Source: Octopus bimaculoides (lineage: Eukaryota). Taken from it: a stretch of DNA of 64,000 nucleotides. Of the stretch, positions 11,318 through 25,379 are shown piece after piece. The notes under the pieces were generated by a model. It was not told where the DNA came from, made no database searches, and saw nothing but the letters and a program-made list of their open reading frames with translations. The stretch lies in assembly GCF_001194135.2 (NCBI RefSeq), contig NC_069004.1, forward strand, positions 16,180,754 through 16,244,753, given 5' to 3'. Both the position numbers and the translations under genes were made by a program. The first letter of the stretch is position 1, and each line of letters begins with the position of its first letter.

Positions 11318-12189
11318 TAAGCCTTGTACTTATTCTACTGGTCTTTTTTGCCAACCTGCTAAATTATGTGGATGTAAACATACCAACACTAATTGTCAAG
11401 TGGTGATTGGGAGAACTGATACTGATGCACACACACACACGCACACACACACACGCACACACACACACGCACACACACACACGTGATGAGCTTCCTTCAG
11501 TTTCCGCCTACCAAAATCCACTCACAAGACTTTGGTCAGCCCCAGGCTATAGTAGAAGACACTTACCCAAAGTGCCACACAGTGGGACTGAACCATGTGG
11601 TTGGAAAGCAATTATTTTATTACATAAAGACAAATTACATACATATTGGAAAACATGCAAGAAAAAGTATTCAAATGTTTTTTTTAATGCTTTCTGGCAA
11701 TATTTACAGATCCTTGGATAATTCTAATTTTCTGGAACATGACTATGTGTACCTCCTATTCTTATAGATAATCTGTCGACCACTTTACAGTTGCACTAAT
11801 TACAAAGGAAATGTTGGCTACATTCCTTCATTGTTTTGTTTTTTTGTGTCTTTTTAAAAATTCAGCAGCAAAGTCTGTGTGATTCTATATAACATTATTG
11901 TTGTATGGTATTGCAGTTGTACATCATTGATATTTTTGTCAGAGTAAATCATGTCAGGCCTATTATATATTAGGGATACCGAAAAGTAATGTATTTTCAA
12001 GTAAATTGCCTGACGTCATACCACAGATGGTTTAGAGACCAATAAAGAGGTATCCATGCAATAAACTAATCAGTATAGAGTTAACAACTAAATATTAATG
12101 TGGATATATGCTGTGTGTGTGTATGCTCTATCTGATAGCCCATGGTAAACATAGTCAGCATTGCATGCTTTATGAATTTCATAAGAGCA

Positions 12190-12775
12190 ACATATGCAAG
12201 AAGAAACATAAGTATTGTATATTCTGATGCTGTGAATGTTTGGCAATGCCAAAGGTGGTTTAACAAATTCAGAATCTATTGATGGGTCTCAATCAGGAAA
12301 ACCATCTGTTCTCAAAAATGATGCAGTGAAAACAGCAGTTGAAATGGATCCTCGTCAAAGCATTGGGGACTCATCTCGGAGGTTTTATAAACCTTGGTCC
12401 ACTGTACAAGATCATCTCCAGCAGATTGGAGAAGTGTATAGAGAAGGGAAGTGGGTGCTTTGTGTGCTTCTGCCCAAGAATAAAGCAGTGCATTCAACAT
12501 GATAACCCAAGAAAAGATAAATTCATTGGGCTAGGAAGCTCTGCCTCACCCTCACCAGACCTAGCACAATCAGATTTTCACTTATTCAGGTCACTTGAAT
12601 ACTTTACCATGGAAATACATTTAGAAGCTGGGACTGTCAAAACTAGTTTTGAGGTGGGAAAATGTTGTTGCTAATGATGGTGAATATATTTTGAATGAAT
12701 AAATCTATTTACAATGTTTTGTGCTGATTTGAACTTATGTGAAATGTGACATTACTTTTTTGCTTTGCTTAATAT
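12190..12775 (+). mobile_element. Internally deleted mariner remnant
   Basis: Fragments TVQDHLQQIG..Y.EGKWV and SPSPDLAQSDFHLFRSL (YSPDLAPSDFHLFRSL motif). Confidence 0.75.
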
Positions 12776-13079
12776 TAACTGATGGTCTGTCTATAATTGC
12801 TATGGTTCTGGAGTATTTTCTTAGTGTCATGTTTTTTAAGACAGGCAAAGGTTCCTAGGAGTATCTTATAGTGTTTTTTTTTCTAAAAAGTTGAACTTGG
12901 TGAGTGGGCATATGTATATAAAAAGAACAGCTTTACTACATTACTGCGCCTCTAAATATGTTTTATAGGAACTAAGTGTTGTCATACACTTACCTAACAG
13001 TTCAACCAGTTTGCCACCTTTATAACAATAATCTGATACAATACCATGTATTATTTTAGGAAATACACCTCACATGCAA

Positions 13080-13251
13080 CAGGTTACTATTATTATTATT
13101 ATTTCTGCCAGGGTTGACTTTGCCTTTCATCCTTTTGGGGTCGATAAATTAAGTACCAGTGAAACATTGGGGTCGTAATAGACTAGTCATTTCCCCCAAA
13201 ATTTCAGACTTTGTGCCTTTCATAGAAAGGATTATTATTGTTGTCGTTGTG

Positions 13252-13305
<54 letters not shown>

Positions 13306-15235
13306 ATTAAGGTGGCGAGCTGGCAGAATCATTAGCATGCTGGACAAAATGCTTAGTGGTATTTTGCCTGTTGCTGTGTTCTGAGTTCAAATTCTGCCAA
13401 GGTCAACTTTGCCTTTCATCCTTTCGGGGTCATTTAAATAAGTATCAGTTATGCACTGGGGTCAATGTAATCTTATTACTATTACTGAGGTGGTGAACTT
13501 GCAGAATCATTAGTATGCTGGACAAGATGCTTAATGATATTTCCTCTGCTGCTACATTCAGGTTTCAAATTCTGCTGAGGTCAACTTTGCTTTTCATCCT
13601 TTCATGGTTGATAAATTAAGTTACCAGTGTAACACTGGGGTCAATGTAATTGACTAGTCCTCTCCCCACAAATTTCAGGCCTTGTGTCTTTAGTAGTAAA
13701 GATTATTATTACTATTATTAAGGCGACTAACTGGCAGAATCGTTAGCATGCTGGGCGAAATGCTTAGCAGTATTTCATCTGTCTTCATGTTCTAAGTTCA
13801 ACTTCTGCTGTGGTTGACTTTGCCTTTCATCCTTCCAGGTTCGATAAATTAAGTACCATTGAAACACTGGGGTCAATGTAATTAACTTAATCTCCTCCTC
13901 CAAGCTGCCCTTGTGGCAAAAGTTCGAAATCATCATTATTGTTATTATTGTTATTATTAAGGTGGCTAGCTGGCAGAATCGTTAGCGCACTGGGTGAAAT
14001 GCTTAGCAATATTTCATTTGTCTTCATGTTCTAAGTCCAAATTCTGCCAAGGTTGACAGGGTTAATAAAATAAGTACCAGTGGAGTACTGGGGTTAGTGT
14101 AATTGACTATCCCCCTCCCCCAAATTTCAGGTCTAGTACCTTTAGTAGAAGGGATTATTATTATTATTAAGGTAGAATCATTAGCATGCTGGATGAAATG
14201 CTTAGCAGTATTTTGCTTGTTGCTGCGATGTGAGTTCAAATTCTACTGAGATCAACTTTGCCTTTCATCCTTTCAGGGTTGATGAATTAAGTACCAGTGA
14301 AACACTGGGGCCGATGTAATCGACTCGTCCCCTCCCCCAAATTTCAGACCTTGTGCCTATATTAGAAAGGATTATTATTACTATTATTGAGTGAGAGAGC
14401 AGTACATGCCAGCTAAGTGACACTGGGGTACAAATATATAAAGCCTGATATACCCATCATGACTTCCCATCTGATAAGGGCACACCAGGCACATGTATCA
14501 CAACCATGTGTGTGTGACATGGTGATCTGATATGAAGAGAAACTGCGCATGACCTTGCAGATGGGGTCTAGTTAGGTTGAGTAACCTATCCTGCTCAAAA
14601 TATCCCTGAATATTATTATTATTATTATTAAGGCAGTGAGCTGGCAGAATCGTTAGCACACCAGGCAAAACGCTTAACAGTATTTTGCCTGTCACTACAT
14701 TCTGAGTTCAAATTCCACCAAGGTTGACTTTGCTTTCATCTTTTCGGGGTCAATAAATTAAGTACCAATCAAGTGCTGGAGTCAGTGTGATTGACTAGTC
14801 CCTTTCCACAAAACTTCAGGCCTTGTGCTTTTAGTAAAAAGGATTATTATTATTAAGGTAGTGAACTGGCAGAATTGTTAGCACATCGGGTAAAATGCTT
14901 AGCGGTATTTCATCCATCTGAGTTCAAATTCCGCCAAAGTCAACTTTGCCTTTTATCCTTTCGGGGTTGATAAAATGAGTCCCAGTTGAGCACAGGGGTT
15001 GATGTAAATGACTAGCTCCCTTCCCCCAAATTTCAGGCCTTGTGCATATAGTAGAAAAGATTATTAAGTGGGGTGAACTAGCAGAATCGTTAGCATGTCG
15101 GGCAAAATACTTTGGGGCATTTTGTTCATCCTTAGTTTCTGAGTTCAAACTCCGTCAAAGTCAACTTTGCCTTTCATCCTTTAGGGTTGATGAAATAAGT
15201 ACCTGTTACACACTGAGGTTGATGTAATTAATCTC
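13080..15235 (+). mobile_element. Head-to-tail array of ~9 tRNA-derived SINE family A copies plus one family C element (14388-14610)
   Basis: Repeated unit AAGGYGGYGAGCTGGCAGAATCRTTAGC (A-box)...GAGTTCAAATTC (B-box)...GACTTTGCCTTTCATCCTTTCGGGGT..ATAAATTAAGTACCAG, separated by (ATT)n. Confidence 0.9.
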
Positions 15236-16153
15236 AGTGTAATTTTCCCTTTTACCAAGCCACTGTTTACGACATTTAACATTTCGATAGAAGATCCATT
15301 TTCCATTACCAGTCATAAGTCTATCCAAAAAGGGTGATATGAGTTCGCGAGAATGGAGAGAGGAACAGATGTCAACCCAGGATTTGCAGTTGCTTTCGGA
15401 CAATTCATGAGGCACCCATTTTCCAAGTTTAGGAACCTTTCCAAGTTGTTGAAGATGATGATGAACAGTTGTATAGTTAGAACTAAGCTTTATTGCCAAT
15501 TCTTCAACTGATAATGCAGGATTTTCTTCAGATAATGCCTCAAGGAGCTTATCATCAAACACAACTGGATGTCCTGTTCTATCTTCATCTTCAAGGCTGA
15601 AATCTCCACTTCTGAATTTTGCAAACCATCTTCTGCAAGTTCTTTCATTCAAGCATTCTTCCCCATAAACTGAGTGTATGTTTTGAGTCACTCCGGCTGC
15701 AGAGTTTCCTTTTTTGTACTCATAAAGCATTATGTGCCTCAAATGCTCTTTGGATAATTCCATGTTAGAAAGCGTTTTAATCAAAGAAATTTTAATTCTA
15801 TTATTCTGTAAAATAATATTTAATTAGTTTAAATGTACATCATCATCATCATCATCATTTAACGTCCGCTTTCCATACTAGCATGGGTTGGACGATTTGA
15901 CTCTCAGTCAAATCGTCCAACCCAGCGAACCGGATGGCTGCACCAGGCTCCAATCTGATCTGGCAGAGTTTCTACAGCTGGATGCCCTTCCTAACGCCAA
16001 CCACTCTGAGAATGTAGTGGGTGCTTTTACGTGCCACCGGTAACAAATGCATAAAAATAATTCTTAATTCCATTAGACATTCTAAAATACTATTAAATTA
16101 CATTCAATTTTTAAAAAGGTAAAATCGGACAGAACTTATGGGATGACCTGATA
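15236..16153 (-). mobile_element. Mariner transposon 5' half (TIR + transposase N-terminal ~180 aa)
   Basis: ORF 15206-15784 HLRHIMLYEYKKG...RRWFAKFRSGDFSLED...GKWVPHELS...LMTGNGKWIFY (TGDEKW decayed); TIR TATCAGGTCATCCCATAAGTTCTGTCCG with terminal TA at ~16126-16155. Confidence 0.9.
15838..16042 (-). mobile_element. RTE-tail short element inserted in the mariner 5' UTR
   Basis: (CAT)n tail and GCTGGATGCCCTTCCTAACGCCAACCACTC, shared with the RTE 3' UTR at 10750-10900; related copies at 8560-8720, 27770-28070, 32980-33375, 54117-54210. Confidence 0.8.
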
Positions 16154-17218
16154 TATTGTTGAAATATATTGTAATGAATTTCATGTTTCAAAACATAACT
16201 TATGTTATACTCAGCCTGATAGATTGCAGAATCATAATAACATTGAACAAAATGCTTGTGGTATTTAGTTATGACCTTTTACATTATGAGTTCAAATTCC
16301 ATTCTAGTTGATTTTGCCTTTTAACCTTCTTTGGATTGATAAAAAGATATTTGTCAAGTACTGGTCAATGTTATCAACTAACCCACTTCCTCGAATCCTA
16401 GGTCGAATGCCTATGCTAGAAATGATGAAGGACAGTGGATTGGCAGAATCATTAGCACTTCAGAGAAAGTGCTTTGTAGTATTTGTTTACATTCTGAGTT
16501 CAAATACCAGCAGAGTCAGTTGTACCTGTCATCTTTTGAGGGCCAATGAAATAAAGTAACAATGAAGTATAATATAAGTGACTAACCCCCACTCTCCTCA
16601 AAATTGCTAATCTTGTACTACAATTAGAGTCAGACAAAATGCCTTGTGGTATTTGTTTTGGCTCTTTTTATTCTAAGTTTAAATCCTGCTGAGATCAACT
16701 TTGCTTTTCCTCCTTTTGGTGTTGATAAAATCAAGTATCAGTCAAGTCTTGGGGTTGATTTAATTGACTAAAGCTCAGGGCTTAAATTATAACCCGTTGT
16801 TATGTTGTGTTTTGCATTTTCATACCAAAAATGATGATTGCTTAACATATTGCTTTGTTGCTCTGTTTTTTAACTGATCTTGTGTTTATTTTTTTTACCC
16901 CCACCCTGCATACTAATACACACCTACTCCAATGAGATTATGAACAAAACGATTATTGATAAGGCTGAAATAATCTACAAACTGTATTGATCCCTGCACA
17001 GCAACCTACCCAACTGTTCATCGATCTTACATGAAAGCTGTTTAGGAATGAATGCTATGCAGATTACTAGCAAAATATGTTGAAAAGAAAAATAGAAGAG
17101 AGAAGGAAACAAAGAATTTTGTTGATGCCACTAAAACTTCAAGACACCACATAGCTAGGTTTACAGACAATACTACTGTACCAATTGTACCAATCATTTT
17201 ACTGATTATATCTATCTG

Positions 17219-17438
17219 TTAACCCATTTAACACCAACTTACCTGTTACTTCTCCTGGTTCTGTGAAACAGCTTACTGTTTTAAAGCGATCTAAACGAAA
17301 ACCTTTCACAAAAATTTCGTATTAATTTATTATGTTCCAAACATCTTAATGTTATTTTACTAAGTTCTTCGTTATTTTCAAAATGTATTGAAACAGAAGT
17401 AGTGTATTTCAACAAAAATATGGTTACAAAAGAGTCAA
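17219..17438. mobile_element. Decayed TTAA-flanked MITE (piggyBac-like termini)
   Basis: TTAACCCATTTAACACC ... GGTTACAAAAGAGTCAA are imperfect inverted termini (11/17); resemblance to a common octopus MITE is from memory. Confidence 0.4.
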
Positions 17439-19329
17439 GCCTATTTCAGCTTTTTTCTTTCATTGTTAGTCTGAAGAGGAAGGGATGTGCCCATATCTTT
17501 TTCAAGACCCCTTCCTTTTCCTTCATCCTTGTGGATAGTAGTTTGAACTGCTACTGGATTGATAGGAGAAAACATTGTTAGATAAGAAGTTCCAGAAAGA
17601 TGTTTGAGAAAGTTGGAAAGTGTGTTTTTAACTTAGGGTAGAACAATTTGGTAAGAAGGAGAGATGAGTACTTGAAGTTGTAGCAGAAGAACCAGATGAG
17701 GATGCAAGCTTGGTGGCTAAGTAGTTGAATGATTGGTCAGCATTTAACTGTTATTTGTGTACTTAATACTATCCATTTTACTATGAAGCAGAAGTGATAT
17801 CTATTGTCCTCTAGGAAGACTAATGTTGATGTGATTGGATGTGGAGTATGTTAAACTCACAAAAGAGAGAGAGAGAGATTGTGTTTAATTGAGATCTCTC
17901 ACCAAATATTTCCAATACCCTAGATGTACCCTATCTTGTTAAAATTGAAAGCACTATATCTATCCTAACCTGGAATAACTCAATGAACTTAATGAGGTTA
18001 AAGCTCAGTTTAAATGATTGCAGAGTGGTGGGTGGAGGGCAGTAGGGGAGGAGTATACATATCAGAGGAATACGGTTCTGTGAACCAAGTCTACATAGAA
18101 AAAAAAGTGAAGCGAAGAAGTTAACCAATCTTCATTATCACATTACTGCTATTTTGTTTTATTAGTAGGATTTGAACTCAAAGTTATGAAACTAGTTTTT
18201 ACAAAGTAACCACTCTGACATTTTATTGTTTGAATGCTGCTTCTGTACATTGTAACAATTACCTAAAAGCAATGGAAGTTAAATGTTTTCCTTTCACACA
18301 TGCCATTCTTAATGCCGTTGTGAGTATTTAAGGTTTCAGTATTGTACTCACGGTTGTTAGATCATGGGTTTGATTCCAGGATTGGCTGATGCATTGTGTC
18401 CTTGAACAAGGTACTTCATTTCATACTGCTTCAGTTTAGGCAGCTGAAAATGTGTGAGAGCTCCTACTGAGCTGGTTTTATCCTGTGATGGCTGGTGTTC
18501 TATTCTGGGTGGGATCTGGTACTCTTAGTTGCTTAAAGCACCACAAAATCAGGATATGGTCAAATGAGCTTCTTAGCTTTTTAAGGATTTTAACTCAGTC
18601 TAATAAAATATCAAATTAAGGAGCTGTTGTCATAAAGAATCTGTGATAATACTTTACCATATTGAATATTGAATTTGTGCATTTCTCAAGTGGATGAAAA
18701 TCAAGCTATATGCAGTAATTACATTTAGAGAAGCTACTGACATTGTGATGGATAGGAACCAGTAACAAAAAGTGGCTCAGTCATTGTTGATTGTCAAACA
18801 TCTCTTGCATTATAGAAACAAAAAATAACATTGAAGAATTTTGTGCTGAGTAGCAGCTGTATTTTAGATATAGGGTTACTGAATGTAGATAAATTCAAAA
18901 ATAAAATGAGAAAATTATGAAACATAGTGAGGAGATAATCTCCATTAAGCAAGGTGGTAAGGTTATGAAAATTTGGCTGCCATAAATGTTATCCTCTCAC
19001 AACAGTATTTATAATAGTATCTGTGAAAAGTGAAACATTTAATTAACTTGTTGAAAAGATTTCCTGCTGGTTAACTAATTGGAAAGATTTAAGAATTCTC
19101 AAAGACTCTAGTTTAAATATTTATTAAAATTGACAGCGACTGTAGCCGTTATTATTTAAAACTTTTCTCTTCAGAGATTTTGAATGATGTGATGCATATT
19201 TATAATTGTTAGTTTACCTTCTTTCTACATTTATGTATTAAGCTTAATTATTGCATCTTTCGGTGTTATGTAAAATCACTACCGCCCACTCACTCCTTCT
19301 AAATAGATCTGATGAAATATTATAAGGGA

Positions 19330-19578
19330 CTAGCAAGGTTGGCTTTGCAGAATTTTAGTGTGAGAGTTGAAAAATCCATCTAGAATCGAAGGGCCTTAGA
19401 GTCAATCAAACAAAAACCTAAGTCCTAGTAAGGAGGAAGGCAGACAAACCACAAATCCCTTTAGGTAGATGGTTCTGCTCAATCTGTAGAAAAAGGTGTA
19501 GGTAGAAACTCCATAAGATGTACACAATGTAAGCTATGGATGCATAAGAGGTGCAGCAATATCAAAGGAAGGCTAACT
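19330..19578 (+). mobile_element. RTE LINE fragment (post-RT Cys-rich region)
   Basis: Translates GRWFCSICRKGVGRNSIRCTQCKLWMHKRCSNIKGRL; the same domain occurs at 43220-43429 (-). Confidence 0.8.
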
Positions 19579-19960
19579 GAAAGACCGTCTGAAAACAACT
19601 TGGACGCATCCTCGGTCCAAACATTGGCATCTACTTGACTATGTGCTTGTACGCCAGCGGAACCTGAAAGACATTCTACACACAAGAGTGATGCCCAGTG
19701 CAGAGTGCCACACTGACCATCGCCTTGTCCGCTGCAAGCTCAAGCTGCAGCTCAAACCCAAACCCAAGAAGAAAGGTGACCCCGTAAAGAAACTCAACAT
19801 TGGCAGCCTGTGCTGGGAGGAAGTGAAAGTCAAGTTCCAAGCAGACCTGCAGCAAAAGCTACACGAACCCCCTTGCACTGATGACACCACACCAAACAAT
19901 CAGCCATCTTTAAGACATCTGAGGAAGTTCTTGGGCACACAAAGAAGAAAAACAAGGACT
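19579..19960 (+). mobile_element. RTE (BovB-like) LINE endonuclease-linker fragment
   Basis: TTWTHPRSKHWHLLDYVLVRQRNLKDILHTRVMPSAECHTDHRLVRCKL is a typical RTE APE C-terminus. Confidence 0.85.
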
Positions 19961-21728
19961 TATATATGCCTTTTGTGAATGTAAGTGCTACAGTGTTATG
20001 GTGATTTAGCCTGTAAATTATTTATACAATGCAGGGCCTACGGCAATGCTCACAAAGTGAAGAAAGGAGAGGAAGACAGAGAAATGTGGCACATACACTT
20101 GGAAATCCTATCAAATGTCATCAGTATGACTTGAAAATTGCAAGAAGCGTTTTGTTCTTTTGCTGTTCATTTGTCAGGTGTGAAGTGTATATACCCATTA
20201 AATGTGTTGGATGTCCTGCCTTTAAACATATGCTATCCAACCATTAAATATATGTTTTGATTAACAGCAACATGATGTTCTGCTATTACATGTAATATCC
20301 TACCATGAAATCTTTGATATCTTGCTATTGAACATGTGACCTCCTGCTATTAAACATGACATTGTGCCCTTTAACACATGCTGTCCTACTGTCAAACAAT
20401 AATCTTCAGCTGTGGAATGCACATCTTCTCTTTAAACTGAATCATCCTACCATCAGACTTTCATCTTGTCTACAAGTTTACCTAAACTAAATAGTTTAGC
20501 TATCTATGATTGTCATGTCTGTGATAGTTGGTCATGTTATCCAGCAGATTAGGACTCCTTACTGAACCTTACACTCATTTGTTTATGTTCTGTGTTTATT
20601 TAAGTGCTTTTTGTTTTCAAATTTATTTTTTCAAAGTAGTTGAGTTTCCTGTGATTTTAGTTTGACATCATCATTGATTTTTCTGTGAACATCCTGTCTT
20701 TTCTTTTCTATTTCCCTTTCTACACACATATACACACGCATGTAAACACACATACATGTATACAAGATTTGTTCATGGGGATAGTTCTTGTTTAGCATTG
20801 GTAGGTAAAAGATTGCATCTCTAGAGTAATTTTTTTTATCAGTGTTTTTTGTACACTGGTCATTTAGCAATATTAACTGATGTATGCAGCATCTATCTGC
20901 AAAGAATTACTTCAGCCAACAGTATCATATACAGCCAGCATGAATGAATGGATGTAAAACAGTAGTTTATATAATAGTTTTTAATAATTCCTCTAGAAGT
21001 ATTTTGTTGAAGACATCTGGTTTCCTATATTGTTATTTAATTTATCTGTTTATTCTTTAGCTGTTTTCAGTCATTGACTGCAATAATACTGGGGTACTGC
21101 TTTCAAGAGCTGAGTTGATCGTATAGACCTCCAGTCTAGTACTTACTACATCCATTTCTATTTGTCAAACTGCTTAGTTACAGATTTGGACATGCACAAA
21201 CACACCTTCTGTTTGTGTGTGTTTGCACATAGATGTAGTCAGCTTCTGTGCAGTTTCTGTTCAATAAATTTCACCTTCAAAGCTTTAGTTGATCTGAACT
21301 AAGAAGGCATTTTCCCAAAGCGCTGCTTAGTTGGACTGAACCTGAAGCAGTTTGATTGCAAAGTGAACTTCTTAATAACACATCCATGCCTATTTAAGAA
21401 TAAGTCTTATAAAATGCAGATTCTTGGTTTGATAGTGGCATAGACCCTCATCAGTTTTATCTAATTCCAGACTTTATTCTATATTGATGGTAGATGTGTA
21501 CCAATGGTAAACTGACATGATGTGATAGTTGATTAGTAGCTAGCTAGATAAGTATATATGTGAGTCTACAAATACATCAACACATTTGCAGATAGAGAGA
21601 TATGTTAATAGATATACAAGTAGATATATAGCTGAACTGAAGTGAAATGAAAAGAAATGAAAATAATCTCAATTGGTAAATAATTTTGACTCAGCCTTGA
21701 AGGTGGTTGGACAGTGAAAAGTGTAGTT

Positions 21729-21788
<60 letters not shown>

Positions 21789-23019
21789 AATAAGTTTTAT
21801 CATTTCAATTCATCTTTTATTTCCTTAAACTGTAAAGCACAACATATCTGTCAAAATATTAAAAGAAGGAAAATAAGCAATACCTTCTAAGTTCATTTTG
21901 ATTATATTTGAAAGTACAGTTTTGACTAAATAGCAGGATTTCAAAAGAATTTTTGAAATTCTTTGTTTGTGTTTAATATAATAACATAATGTTTTCAAAT
22001 GTGTTGATTTACACTGTCCTGCTAGTTTATATTATTATTGTTGTTGTTCTTTGTGTTTAATTTAAATTGAGATTAAACATTATGTAACACCAGTAGAGTT
22101 GTTAACCTGACTAGCACCATTTATACATGTACACAGTGCCTCTCTTTTTGGGTTTATATACAGTGCTGCCACCTCTGTATTCTCAACTAATGTAACATCT
22201 TCCATTTGAACTGTCATTTATACAGTGCCACCTCTGTATGAGCCAACGAAGGAGACACTGTTGCTTAACCCAGAAATAGCAATCAAATATTCCTCAAATC
22301 ATTCTGTCTCTTAAGTAAAGATAGGACACATTTGGCTATTGTAAGTCTTACATGCTTTTAATCATAAGTATACTCATTCAGTTTAACCTAGGGTTAAAAA
22401 ACAACATCTCTCTCTATTTTTATTTCCAAAGCAGCAAATTTGCAAAATCGTTGGAATATTGGATAGAATGTTGTGAATGATTCATTCCAGCTGTCTTCTG
22501 TACTCTTCAAATCTTTGCTTTTCATCCTTTCAGGGTTGATAAAGTACCAGTCCAGTAACAAATTAATTCATTCCTTTCTCTCCATTAATACACCTATAGT
22601 TGAAAGGCCCCCAACTTTGTCCTGTTGATACAGTGTGAGAATTGCATTAAAGGTGCCCGTTTGGTTGACTACTCAGGCATGGAGTTACTGGTGTCCTTAT
22701 AAGAGTAATTTAAGCATGTTCTGACTGGGAGTAAAAGCTACAAATACAGATAAAAAGTGTGTAGGATAATTTATTAAATATAAGAATATAATATTTCATT
22801 TTCATATTTCTCCTCATTGTATTTTTGGAAATCCCTAAAACATTATATGGGTACTCCCAAGCATGTAGTGCTCCAGTTGATTCCCTGAGTTACCAATACA
22901 TTCAGCTGGTTCTGCTCATCAACTTACACATTAATTTTCTGAGTATAAATTCTGTTGTACATTATTGAGACCAAATGATAATTCACTTCTTTTATTAGCA
23001 CACCATTACTCCTGTACTC

Positions 23020-23300
23020 CTATTTGCACAACACTATCCCTGTACTCCTATTTACACAACACTACTACCCCTGTACTCTTATTTATGCAGCACAACTTAT
23101 TTACATAATCCTGTTTCCTCTCAATACTGCACCCATATACTCCTATGTACATGGCACTATGTCTGTGTACTTATTTGCACACTGCTTGTGAATTGCTGTT
23201 TACACACTCCTTTGTATTCCTGTTTACAGTGTCTCAGCACCACTTCTGTACTCCAAGGTACTCAACATCACTTCCATAGTTTCAGCTACATTACACACTT
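23020..23300. repeat. Degenerate ~30 bp tandem repeat
   Basis: Recurring ACTCCTATTT(G/A)CA..ACACTA..CCCTGT units. Confidence 0.6.
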
Positions 23301-24189
23301 GACACACATTTTCAAATACTCCATTATCTTGATACTTTTAGTTATTAAATCAATGTTGTTCATATATGTTTCAACATTGTGGCATAGTTGTAACATATAT
23401 GAAAATACTGCATAGGATATAATGTGAAGAATATGACCATCTCAAGATTTCATTTCTTTTAGTTCTTAACTATTTTTATGTAAAGTTACAAGCATGGTGA
23501 AATAATTAAGATGTTTGCTTCACAATCAAATCTCCAGAGTTTGAACTCCTTTCACTTCTGAGAGAAAGTGTGAATGAAGTTGAGAAGATGGAAATTGTGC
23601 AGCCAATGCAAAAGCTCCTGTTTTGTCACATTGCATCACACTGACCCTGCTGACAACTGTATTAAGAGTACTGGTGTCAATGGAATACTCAACCATTTAA
23701 CACTACATTTCAGTGTGTAGATAGTTCCAGTGATCTGCAAATTATTCCAAATGGATGGTAGCTCCATATAATTTTGTTACTGTGTGTCTATAGTTATACA
23801 TGTATATGTATATGTTAGTGTGTGTGTATGTGTGTGCATATGTGTATGTTTGTATATGTATGTTATGTGTTTGTAGATGAAACTGTTTCATGATTTTATA
23901 ATATAGTTTTATTTGTAAATAATTTTCATTATTTATATTATATGTACAATCTTTGATGCTGCCAGATCCATGGAGAGGGAAGATGGATTCTGGAGCCAAC
24001 TTTACCACTTCTCCTTCTTTTCACCATTTTCTCCCTTCGGTAGTTCTTTCCCTCTCCTCCTCTTGCTTTCTCTAGACAGGGAGCGCATATACTTATATAA
24101 AAATACATATACACATAAAGTACCAAATTTTTCTGTAGTGTGTCTGTCTACTCACCAACAAAAATTTGAGATTGGGTTGTGTGTGTGTG

Positions 24190-24250
<61 letters not shown>

Positions 24251-24481
24251 TGGCAGGGGTGATGGTGAAGCAGGAAGGGATGTAAGATAATGAAGAAATC
24301 TTGGCCATGAATACCAAACATATGGAATTAGTTACCATTGAGGAAAGAAATAGTCTTTATAGAAAAATAACAGATAAAATATAATAAAGGTAAAACTGAT
24401 GTGACAGAGAGAGAAAGAGAAGGGAGAAAGAAAAGAGAATGAGAGAAAAAGATGCATGAATGGAGAGAGAGAGAGAGAGAG

Positions 24482-24517
<36 letters not shown>

Positions 24518-24733
24518 ACAAATTGAGAAAGATGAAGAGAAAGAGCAGTTTTTTTCAAGTTATATAACTGAGAGTAGATAAATCTAACAGCTTCCATTGT
24601 GGTTTGTTAGTGTGTGTGTGTGCATAGCAGTAGTAGTTATACTAATGTGTATGTTTGATTGGAGCATAGAATTTGTATGTATAAATGTACATATATGTAT
24701 TTATATTTATAAACACACATACACACATTTATG

Positions 24734-24771
<38 letters not shown>

Positions 24772-24988
24772 TGCATGTATATTCATATTAATATGTGTGT
24801 AGGTATGTGTTCCTTATAAATGATGTATATGTATATATATTTGTGTATGTGCATGTACATCCACAATAAGGAAGAAAAATAAAATGCAATTAGGATATAA
24901 AGGTGGGCAAGTTTTGATATTGACTTATTGTGGTAATGTATGTGTGTATATGAAAAACACTTATAACTATATACATGACTTCTTTCTT

Positions 24989-25026
<38 letters not shown>

Positions 25027-25379
25027 GTGATTGCTCCAGCTTTACAGATGGTTGCCATCTCTCAGAGTTTCCTCATTGTTTATGGCATTTCTGACCACTC
25101 AGATTATTTTTCAGTCCTGATGCAGATCTGTATGGTTTGAAGCATACATGACAGATGTCAAATCACTGCAACTAGTAGGAAGGACGTTGCATACAGTTGC
25201 TCTTTCATAGGACTTCAGATGTTGATATACCCAGCCACACATTTCACACCTTCAACACTTTATATTCTCACTGAGTTTCTGATAACATCCCCCCCAAAGC
25301 CAGCACTTTAGGCTTTCATGCTCAAGGCAACCCTCTTCAAAAGTTTTACAACCTTCCCTTATATACTTCCTCCACTCAA

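Larger units (their letters stand above)
10060..11610 (-). mobile_element. SINE family B copy split by later insertions (10060-10157 and 11318-11610)
   Basis: Both halves align colinearly to the 9300-9645 copy; 14 bp duplication TAAGCCTTGTACTT at 10144-10157 and 11318-11331. Confidence 0.85.

Noticed and set aside
15206-15784. Functional or domesticated mariner/SETMAR-like gene
   Set aside because: Truncated before the catalytic core, TGDEKW is mutated to TGNGKW, and the element is interrupted by an RTE-tail insertion; it is a fossil.
19175-19212. Strong acceptor TTTTCTCTTCAG followed by ILNDVMHIYNC*
   Set aside because: Too short to support, and no linked exon identified; needs RNA-seq.
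20035-20134. Possible exon AYGNAHKVKKGEEDREMWHIHLEILSNVISMT* after a GTAAGT...CAG pair
   Set aside because: The implied intron is only 54 nt, the upstream 'exon' is RTE sequence, the acceptor is weak, and no homology was recognised.
20190-20460. Degenerate TCCTGCTATTAAACATG-like repeats (similar loose repeats at 22120-22250 and a 12-mer x3 at ~58795-58830)
   Set aside because: Too diverged or short to define unit or function; ordinary decayed tandem repeats.
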